A stretch of 62,104 bases of DNA, filler included, from Circinaria calcarea (Eukaryota), in NCBI GenBank assembly GCA_051942165.1. It is 7 parts of 7 records of this genome, joined end to end, with 100 filler letters (N's around TTAATTAATTAA, not from the genome) between each part and the next. Parts side by side here need not be neighbours in the genome. Positions count along the whole stretch, not along the records: positions 44,463 to 53,234 come from JAVECS010001050.1; positions 53,335 to 62,104 come from JAVECS010001051.1; 5 more parts are not named here. One strand, 5' to 3'. Below the pieces are notes generated by a model that made no database searches, had not been told where the DNA came from, and worked only from the letters and a program-made list of their open reading frames with translations. This document shows, piece by piece, positions 49,764 to 59,310 of this stretch (its first letter is position 1; every line of letters starts with the position of its first letter). A program made the translations under genes and the position numbers.

Positions 49764-50419
49764 CTAGATGAAGCTCATGGGGTGGTCTTTTAGGTATTGA
49801 ATCATATCCATAACGCCGCGTGCGTCATCTACCAGGTGTAGAGTTGGGCTAATGCTCTGAAACACATAGTTCTCATGTTTGTAGAACCGAATTTGCAAAC
49901 CGCACTGAATCATTCCGTATGTGTTTTTACTCTCATTGCTGCAATTCTTGAGGTGGTCTTCGCACTGCGGCTCCGTCTCTTCAAATGAAAACTCACTGCT
50001 TTTGCTCTCGACGATCAAGAATTCATAGAGGTGGAGTGTTCGTGCAGGCCTGCAGAAAACTTTAAGCGTCGTGAAGTCGGGGCGTATTGTCTCGGCATTG
50101 GTCTCTTGAACGACGCTATATCCTTCGCTCCGGAGAAACAGAACCTGCAGGATGCCACCCATGAGTCGGCGGTACATATGCTCCTTTGATTCGGGTACGC
50201 GCTGGAGCAATATGATATTCGCCTGGATCCCCAAGTCATCGAGATAGGTAGGGGCAGCTGGCGGTATTGGGTTAATCAGGACCGCTCTTCCAGTGCGCGA
50301 GTTGTTCCTAGGGAAACCAAATTTCAGCTCCCTGCTATACCGGAGAAGGTAGGATACCAGCAGTGAACATGAGAATATCTTACCACTGGGGCCAAGTTTT
50401 CGTGGTGTCGAGGGCCCAT
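49764..50419 (-). CDS. Small PD-(D/E)XK restriction-endonuclease-fold protein (hypothetical), 1 intron
   Basis: ATG 50419, MGPRHHENLAPV, GTAAGA..CAG intron, then ELKFGF...EGYSVVQE..IRPDFTTLKV..FLIVESK..QCEDHL..YGMIQCG. Confidence 0.65.
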
Positions 50420-51777
50420 GTATCCTGTGTGAAGGTCAGCGCAATTACAATTCTCTAGGCGGAAGGAGGCAGGGGAAGCTGGCAAAACAAGGCCAACCAA
50501 GTCCGCTTGGTATCAGAGATGGGGCAGAGATGCAAGGCTCGCGTTTTTTCAGGTATTGTGCATATCATACACTTACAGTGGGCATATCTTGATAACCCTG
50601 CGGAATGGCGGTCTGAGATGTCCCCGTACCTGCGTGGACATAGTAGATTTGACCGATGGCATTCGAATGCTGGTGCCACTGGCTATTGGTGAGTATTCCT
50701 AGGTAATAAGTGACTGGGTTGGTGGCCATGATCTCGTTTCAGTGGTAAGACTCGGGAGGGGCCGTCAGGTCTTGGAGTCTGGTCCAGGACGGTTCTCTGG
50801 TAAGTAGTCTCCGTGGAGGTTTTAAAAGGGTGTGGGAACTTGGAAATATAGGCATGTCATATATCATATATATACTTTATTTGTACAGATGAAGACTGGG
50901 TTTAGACGGGACGAAGCAAAGTACTATGGTTTGCTCGTTCCGCCCCAGCGATTTTAGGCTGCTGTTAAATACAGTCACAATTGCTTCCTTTTTCCATTCA
51001 CAAACCCGGGACGTGTCCGGCAGCCCCGTGCGCCTGCTTTAGACCAGCTACCACTTTAGCAGCAGGCAATCCTCTGCGGTAGAGATAGCTGGTCCCTTGT
51101 TTGGAACCCAACAGCCGCTTCAGCTACCGATATTTCTATTACGTATATATTATTCGGTTAAAACTTGGAGCTAAACGTAGCTGTTCTATGGGTGTTTGGG
51201 CTGTTGAGGGCAGGCAGCAGCTTATTAGCTTCACACGTAGGTAACTGTGGTCCAGCTTTACCTTGGGCAGTTGGGTCTGGCCTCTTTAGGGGATGCTTGC
51301 TCCCGGAACAGATCTCGACTTCAAAGCTATATGAAGCGTAAACGAGAACAGGAGAACCTTATCATTGACCTACTGTCACGATATGGGTGTAGCCCTATCC
51401 TATGAGGCTCCGGCGCCCTACTTCTTGCCTGCAGAGCATGTGAATAGGTCCGCGAGGATAATGATTTTTAACGCGGTTTCTTTTTAACTAAACATAGCAG
51501 CTCCAAGATAGGCTCTAAGCTCACGGAGCAGATTGGTATGAGGTCTGAGAGATACGCTTGACGACTTTGCTCCATTTCCACCATACTTTTATAAGTGTAC
51601 AAGGGGTGATTGAAAGCTGTGCTGGCCCATTATCTATGCACCATGTCAGATGATGACGTATGCGGGGTCTCTGTGCCGCAAATGTAGATAACCTTAAGGA
51701 CGGCATTGCATGACTGGAGATATTAAATTCCCGTCATCAACCACCCAAAAGTTGAATCCCCTTCCAATTCATCTACA

Positions 51778-52698
51778 ATGGCTACCCCAAAGTCTCTCCT
51801 CATCACCGGTGCAACCGGCAAACAAGGCGGCGCCATAATCCGCGCCCTCCTCTCCAACCCCGAACCACCCTTTAGGATCTTCGCAGTCACCCGCAATCCC
51901 GCCTCTCCTTCCGCCCAGAAACTCGCCTCCAATCCTTCCATCACCTTGGTGCAAGGCGACCTCGATGACTGCCCCGCCATCTTCGCTCAGCTTCCCCCGT
52001 CAACCCAGATATGGGGCGTTTTCTCCGTGCAGGTTCCTCCCTTTGGTCCCTTTGCCGATCCCACCAAGGAAGAAGTCCAGGGAAAAGCACTCGTGGACGC
52101 TGCCTTGGAACACGGAGTGAAGCATTTTGTCTACTCAAGCGTAGACCGAGGCGGGGACAAATCCGACAACGACCCCACCTACGTCCCGCACTTCATCACA
52201 AAGTACAACATTGAAAAGTACCTGCAAGAAAAGGCCGACGACAAGATGTCCTGGACGATCTTCCGCCCTGTCGCCTTCTTCGACAACATCACCAACGACT
52301 TCCCCGGCAAAATGTTTGCTAGTGTCTGGCGCGGCATGTCCGGGCACACCTCCCGCGGCTCGCGCCTCCAATTCGTCAGTACCATGGACATTGGCTGGTT
52401 CGCCGCCGAAGCGTTTCGCCATCCGGACGAATGGCGGAATCGGAAGTTCAGTCTGGCGGGAGCGGATATCACGTTTGAAGAGGGGCAGAGGATCTTTAGG
52501 GATGTGGTGGGGAGGGAGTTGCCAGTCACGTATGGGGTTTTGGGGGGGTTGGTGAGGTGGGGAGTCAAGGAGATGGGATTGATGGTGAAATGGTTTGAGG
52601 AGGTGGGGTACGGGGCTGATGTGGAGGAGTGTCGGAGGTTGAACCCGGAAATGAGGGATTTTGGCAAGTGGTTGAGAGATAGTAAGGCTTTTGCCTAG
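51778..52698 (+). CDS. NmrA-like atypical SDR / NAD(P)-binding protein
   Basis: LITGATGKQGGA, VQGDLDD, QGKALVDAA..GVKHFVYSSVDRGG, PHFITKYNIE, FRPVAFFDN. Confidence 0.93.
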   Translation: MATPKSLLITGATGKQGGAIIRALLSNPEPPFRIFAVTRNPASPSAQKLASNPSITLVQGDLDDCPAIFAQLPPSTQIWGVFSVQVPPFGPFADPTKEEVQGKALVDAALEHGVKHFVYSSVDRGGDKSDNDPTYVPHFITKYNIEKYLQEKADDKMSWTIFRPVAFFDNITNDFPGKMFASVWRGMSGHTSRGSRLQFVSTMDIGWFAAEAFRHPDEWRNRKFSLAGADITFEEGQRIFRDVVGRELPVTYGVLGGLVRWGVKEMGLMVKWFEEVGYGADVEECRRLNPEMRDFGKWLRDSKAFA

Positions 52699-53234
52699 GG
52701 GGATTGAATGATTGTTTCAGCCAGTGGCATCTCTTTTTTGGAGGGTCCATCGTTTATTTTTTAGAATGAGAGTTCGTTGGTAGCCATCCACCCTTCTTGG
52801 GTTTCCCATGAACCTCTGTCGAGCAATCCAAACCCCGTCACGAAAATACGGAATAATGAATAATTTCCTTCGGCATCAGGAAAACAACACAAAAAAAAGG
52901 AATCTCAATCGCGCAAACGCTGCCCCGGTCTCTACATGCCCCCTATTTTCTCACCAACCATTAAATTCGCCCCCTCAGTGTACATTCCCCCGGGCCTCCT
53001 TTACAAAGCATCTACAGTCCCTTATCGTTCTTATCTTCCACCTTCATGAACCCCTTCCCACCTTCCCACTTTCTCAACCCAAACCCAAACCCAAACCCAA
53101 ACCCCACTCAATACCAGCATCCAGACCTCCTCCTCTTCCTTCCGTCTCCTGTTGCTTTTGGAAACCTCGAATTCCCGTCCTCTCGCCCTTTGCTTTCGGG
53201 AAACCTCGAATTCCCGTCCCCCCTTCCCAAACCC

Positions 53235-53334
53235 NNNNNNNNNNNNNNNNNNNNNNNNNNNNNNNNNNNNNNNNNNNNTTAATTAATTAANNNNNNNNNN
53301 NNNNNNNNNNNNNNNNNNNNNNNNNNNNNNNNNN
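53235..53334. other. Artificial contig linker
   Basis: N44-TTAATTAATTAA-N44. Confidence 0.99.
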
Positions 53335-55511
53335 GTAAGTGCCAAGTTTTTGCCCACGCATGTCCTGCGGCCTGTGAGTTATGTCAGCGGCTTGAGTATA
53401 CTTGATTTAGGCGTGTCAAGTGTCCGCTGAGCGCTAGCCACTCTCAGGACTTGGAATAGTGGGAAAGCCTATACAGGGAGTGCGGAAATAGATGCTGTTC
53501 AAGGTGATATACCCACTCCAAAAGGTGCAAACGCCCGCTTGTCTTTGACCATATCTGGGCGGCTGTACCAGCGTTCAGGAATGAAAGAATGAGGGTCTTC
53601 GAAGGCACTCTCGACTAGAAGCACAACTCGTGTCAGTCGTATTTAAAGTGTTTCAACGAAATGCTATAAAGGATAAAGGGAGTGTCTGGAGGTATAAAGA
53701 ATCCAAAGGACTCCCTCAGGAAAACTGACGTCTAAATATTGAGTATCGAGGTGCAGCAATCTTCGTATCTCCAGGGATGAAAATATCATTGATATATAGA
53801 CCCTCGGAAGGCGTTATTCGGGTGCCCATAGATAGTGCGGCGGGTAGCAGACTGTTGAGTAGCGAAATGTATGGTGGCATTCATGCTATCTGAGTGTGTA
53901 ACTAACTAAGCTATCTATGCAGCGAAAAAGCGCTTTTATGTAGCGTGTAGAGTGTTGAGTATGGACCTCCTATGCAATATATACTTCGGTAAGCCCTATG
54001 GCTTCCAACACAGACGCATTGATTCGTTAATTACCCCGTTAAAATGAGGCAGATATGAAAGTGCACTTATGTCGTGAGGGTTAATAGAAATAAGTTCCTC
54101 GTGTATTTTTTCAGCGTCTTTGGGATGGCTAGCCAGGAAGTACCACAGCAATATCAAGCTTGGCTTAGTCGTGTCACTATGGAGACGGGCGTAAGTCAGC
54201 CTTTGATGACAACTTTAGGTAATTTATAGATGTAGAGATTAGGTATTTCGGCATTATACAAATAATACTAATAAAGAACCCTGCAATTTACCTCCCACCT
54301 ATAATCACCGATATTGTGTTACCACTAAATAAGCTCTGCCGAGCCTTTGTATCCGTAGATAGTTGATTCTTGCTAATCTCTTCGATAAACCATGCTGCGA
54401 TATCTGGTTCTTCCACTCTTGTCTAGATATAATAGTGTTTAGTAGTATAACTTGTGAGAAGAGAGTAAGTTATCACCTTAAGGCGCTTTTCCATCCGACT
54501 ATCGCAGAATGCCATCATACCATTCCAATCTCTCACTCGCCAAAAGAATGGTACAAACGCAAACGCCAACCGCGGAATCCAAATCGCAGCATTTAAGGGG
54601 CCAAGTAATGCGAGGGCCGAACGTTGCTGAGTAACTGCACTATACTATTTACCCGATTTCATCATGCCGAAGTCTTCATTGAAAGCAAACTCACCCATTG
54701 AGTCGAAAGCAAACCATTGCATAAGGTCGTTGACCAAGACGGGTCGGGAGCCGAAGCTAGCGATAGCTTGCTCAAGAGTTGAAATTTGCTTGAGTATTCT
54801 AGGTAGATATCCCTTTATAGCTTTACGTATATTCTTAGCTGCAAGTCAGAGAAGTATAGAGCGAATGCTCACCCTTTGTAGAAAGCGCCTGATTCCATAC
54901 ACGACGCCTCTCGTTATGGTTTTCTCTGTCGCGTGAAAAAATTGTCGAGGTTCTCGGGTGAATCAGGTCATACCAGTCTGATTTTGTATTGTTGTTATTT
55001 GGTCCGTCCATCGCTTCGAACGCCTCTGGATGAAAAATAGTAATCTCGCTGGGACCTTCGCGGCGAATAGAGTCAGTTGAATTTTATTCAGAAGTCCAAA
55101 CGGGCTGGTAGGCGTGAACTCACCGGTACGTACAAAGCTTCCGTATTTCTTACGCATTGACTCGAGCACCAAATGGTTTCGGGAGTCTCGGCATTGAAAT
55201 ACGTGCCAAAGCTTCGTCACTGCTGCTAAACGTGGACCAGGGAAGTGCTGGAGACGATGAAAAAACAGGCGGTAAACCGTGATACTGCTGAACAGGCCAT
55301 TCAAATAGCAACAAAATAGCCCGAGTATTGTTAGGAGACTGCGATATTTCTCCTCAGAATGCTTCCATACTGTGACGACCCAAAGAGAAAATATAAACGT
55401 AATGTGAACTATAATAACTACTGAGGCCCGCAAGTGCCATTCGCCCTTAATGAAAACTCCATGATGGGCAAGGATGCCAAGAGAAATACTTAGAAGTATT
55501 TGAAAAAACAT
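53335..55511 (-). pseudogene. Cytochrome P450 pseudogene (LTR insertion plus nonsense codon), 3'-truncated by contig end
   Basis: YRLFFHRLQHFPGPRLA, I-helix IVGG-DTT, ESMR (EXXR), FIPERW, FAPFGVGRRTCVGK heme motif; in-frame TAG at 54645-54647; solo LTR at 53853-54010. Confidence 0.92.
53853..54010 (-). mobile_element. Solo LTR family A, 158 bp, TSD CAGAC, inside a P450 exon
   Basis: TGTTG...CAACA flanked by CAGAC at 53848-53852 and 54011-54015. Confidence 0.93.
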
Positions 55512-56147
55512 TTCTATTATCGAATGTTTGAGATGAAATTTCAGCGTTTTTATAAACAAATTAGTTACTGCCGATTTCTTCCTAATTATATAATAATTTT
55601 GCTCCGTATTTTACTTTGTCCCTCCCGACTTATTCGTGATTCAAGTGTATATTAATGCAATTCTGGGGCACAACAGACAGCTAACGATAAAAATGTATTA
55701 TATATAAATAAGTATGATCAGCGAGATAAGGCCCATATCTAGTAATAATAGCTATATATAAAAGATATACACGTCAGCTGAAGCTGAGAAATGGACACGG
55801 CCTGTAACAATCGGTAAAAGTATTAGGATTACGGCTGAAATTGCGGCGTTATTCCGATAAAGCACACCTACTCTGTGTGTGTTTAAATAGATGGCATAAC
55901 CCAACATGATAATTTACGCTAACTTGGCTTTTGGAATCTAGAATTTTCTTCCGAAGCTAAATATCGTGCAGCTTTGATCGCCGCAAGATCGAGAGTGGTT
56001 GGTAAAGCGCAGCACAAACTTAGCAGGTGGCACGGCTAGAGAGATGGCACGGCACCACTAACATCTAATATTTCAGATTACTGCAATCACCCACGATTAC
56101 CCCTGGCGCGATATTATTGGCTGCTATCATTAACATCCACTAATAGA

Positions 56148-56199
56148 CAGGGCCGCCAGTAGTCCAGACAGTCCACAGTCCGGACTACTGGCGGCGCTG
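56148..56199. mobile_element. 52-bp hAT-like MITE (hairpin)
   Basis: TIRs CAGGGCCGCCAGTAGTCCAGA / TCCGGACTACTGGCGGCGCTG (21 bp, 2 mismatches); 8-bp flanks CTAATAGA / TTAATAGA. Confidence 0.7.
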
Positions 56200-56517
56200 T
56201 TAATAGAGTGGTTATTGCAGGATCCTCCACAGCAATGTAGTGTGGGTGATATCACGCAGTCACAACGTATTAGCCTACCAGATATTACCCACCTTATTTA
56301 CCGTGATCCCGCTCGGATCATTTGATGAATACGCAACTCTCTTGCAGCTAGCATCTCTACAGGGGGGTATGTTGGGGCGTGTGTCTGTCTTCTGAGGCGC
56401 GTAGGCACTGGGACTATGGAACCCTTTGCCCATCTGCTTCTTGCCTACTCAGTTATTTTTTGACCATTTATATCTTTATTACTTATTTCAACCCCCTCTC
56501 AGCATTTGCTAGTTGGG

Positions 56518-57876
56518 ACAATAATATTCACCGTGATAGCTTATAATATCACCCTTAAAGAGCTCTGCTATTTCATACCTTATATCTTGCGTTATCCTTA
56601 ATTTTTTAAGCTCCATTCTGCTTATTTTGCGATTTATCTCCATACGCGTCCTCAAGAGACAAGTAAAAGCACACGACATTCTCTGTGTTATCTCTTTTGT
56701 AAGTCGAGGCGATTTTTGCGGTAGTTAATGGGAAGCTTACGAAAATAGATATGTCTGATCGCGTATAGCATCGATATCTTAATAGGTAAGAGCAAAATAT
56801 TTTATCTCACGGGTATATTGCTAACGTAGTAGGGATTATTAATGGTGGCATTGGGCTATATATAGATCAAGTCCCGCCTTCGTAATTAATCATTATATTA
56901 AAGGTTAATTTTTATTGACATTGATCTTTATGCGGCACATTCCTTTATGCGATGCTAATATATTAAATAAACATTCTTGGCATCTCAGTTTTTCTGGGCC
57001 ACATCCATCGCAACCTTCCGCCTGTCTATCCTCTATCTTTATATCGAAATATTCTCAATCCCCCTATTTCGTCGGTGTGCATACGGCAGTGTTTGTATAG
57101 TCAGCTTATTTTATATTGGAAGCATAATTACGAGCTTAACACTATGTCGGCCAATTAACTACAACTGGAACAAAACAGTAGCTGGGTCCTGCGGCAATGT
57201 GGGCACAGGCCAATTGGCTGCAGCCGCATTCAATATGGCATTAGATGTTTTAATTATATTGCTTCCACTGCCAGTTGTTTAGAAGCTGCAAATACCAAAG
57301 AAAAACAAGATTGGTATGACAGTAACATTTGCGCTAGGTTTAAGATAAATTTACACGCATTTATAGCTCCGCCCAGATATGCTAGCATATAACTACTCGC
57401 GTTAAGCATGGTCTAACGATCCGAACAGCATAGCGGGTATCAACCTCGGTCGGATTATCAAAGTTCTGGATTGTGACTTGAAAGACTTTACATACTATAC
57501 ACTAGATAGTACTATTCTTACAGTGGCAGAGATAGCTGTCGGAGTTATTGTTGCCTGTGTTCCCACTCTTGGGCCGGTCCTTTTCCCTCGCTGCTTCGGT
57601 CCATCCGCTGAAAAGCGCTATAACGGCAGTAATAACAAGACACTAGGTAGTGGAGAACGCGCTCATCTACGCAGCTACCCCAAGAATCCCTTTGGTGGGC
57701 GATCGTCTCAAGATTTCGAACGGGCTGAGATCGATCTGGATGGTCCGTTTCCATATAGCGACTCCAACTCTTATACCTACGCCCGTGCAGACGCGAGCAA
57801 AGCACCCAATCCTAGTTTTAACGGTATCGGGGTGAGGAGTGATATTCAGGTTATTACAGACACGCTTCCGCGATGA
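56518..57876 (+). pseudogene. PTH11-like rhodopsin-domain receptor pseudogene, RIP-mutated
   Basis: FRLSILYLYIEIF, LCRPINYNWNKTVAGSC, LDVLIILLPLPVV*KLQ (TAG 57280), EIAVGVIVACVPTL; a donor site appears as ATAAAT; the 5' boundary is approximate. Confidence 0.82.
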
Positions 57877-57934
57877 AGAATTTAATAGAAAAATTAGTTT
57901 ATAGTAATACTTGAATGCCGAAAAATTCCATTAC

Positions 57935-58067
57935 TGTTGGAAGTCACCCTCTACACCCGATTAGGCTTAGCGGCGTGTTGCCCTTCCATAGCATAAATAG
58001 CGGGCACGCACACATAGAAATGCAAGCAACCTTCATATTCTGCATGCCCACCTGCCTTTGTTCAACA
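57935..58067 (+). mobile_element. Solo LTR family C (Copia-like), 133 bp, TSD ATTAC
   Basis: TGTTGGAAGTCA...TTCAACA with ATTAC at 57930-57934 and 58068-58072; internal CATAAATA TATA-like motif. Confidence 0.85.
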
Positions 58068-58133
58068 ATTACCGTATTAACTATTTCTTTCAATATAATA
58101 TAATTATTAAATAAAATAATTCTAATCCAATTC

Positions 58134-58346
58134 TGTTAAATAGAGAGCCAAGCATACCGTATGCTATACAGAAGTTCTGTATTGCCCGTATTAGTAATAG
58201 CGTGGGCTACAGAGTTTTCCCCTTGGCTTCGCACTTTGCGAACTATACAACTTACACATAAGGTTACACAATATATCGACTATTGCGTACACTTCCAATA
58301 CCGTTCCAATGCACTGCTTAAGTCACTCCCTACTGAACCTTTAACA
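58134..58346 (+). mobile_element. Solo LTR family B, 213 bp
   Basis: TGTTAAA...TTTAACA inverted ends; homologous to 34282-34493; no matching TSD. Confidence 0.82.
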
Positions 58347-59310
58347 CCCCTAGGTATATTCTAGCCTTCTGCCTCGAGCTATCCACCCTCTTTAGTTGTG
58401 AGCTCCACACGATCCCCAGATCTTTTCTTTCCACACGTTTTATATACTATATACATATCATATAATACAACACCACACATCACAATACATATATTCCAGT
58501 TACACCCTGCTTTCTTCCTCACGCCGCACCTCCTTTTTCTCTATAATACAAGTTATACAACCTCCCTTTCTCCTCGTCCCTCTTTCCTTTCAACTTTCAG
58601 GGTCCACCCTTCCTCTCCTCGTCGTTATCCTCACCGTTTCAGGGGCAAAGCCGCAACTGGCACCCGCAGGCTATATTCACTACCATATAGTATCGGAGGG
58701 CCTTGTCGATATGGTAGAGAATGTCGGAAAAGTTTCAAACCTTTTTCAAAGAGATTTAATATATAAGGGTTAGTTAGTATAAGAGTAGCCTCCACCGGAA
58801 GAAACCGTTACGAACCCTGTGAAGAGATATAGGGTGCTCCGCTATGCTTCCCCAAGGTATAGATAGGCAAAGACGCTGTGTCGAGGATGGGTAACGGGGG
58901 GGCCTGAATAGTGAAGGATCAAGGGGGTATATGGCATGAACTGACTGCTACAGTACAGTACACATATAGAAAGGGTATCAAGAACGATTTCAGTATTGCA
59001 TTTCTGACTGCTATGCTGCTCTGCTGTATGCTATCTATTGAAAGAAGTGTGTATGTGTGTGTGGGAGTCCTCCATGCCTGCCTGCCCATTCCATACATAA
59101 CCTCTGGGCAATCCTGATCTATTATTACAGTTCTGAGGTAGAAAGCCAGCATGCGACCGTGCATTTCTGTTGGATGACTAGAAGTACAAGTGAATCGGAA
59201 TTAGACTTTAGGCTTGCATATCAGCAGCAGGGACGTTTAGGTAACTATTGTGGATGGTGATCGATGGGATGTTATAGAGCTGGTGGCTGGACGAATCAAC
59301 TCTATCTGTT

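Noticed and set aside
53075..53234. (CCCAAA)n as a telomere, plus a ~30-bp direct repeat (GGAAACCTCGAATTCCCGTCC x2)
   Set aside because: It is not the CCCTAA unit, has only ~5 copies and is not terminal. It looks like ordinary low-complexity sequence at a contig break.
8805..53334. Regularly spaced TTAATTAATTAA motif, and apparent gene neighbourhoods across it (e.g. 5S genes 'near' TFIIIC, NLR 'next to' ABC transporter)
   Set aside because: These are artificial linkers joining size-sorted contigs, so cross-linker adjacency is not biological.
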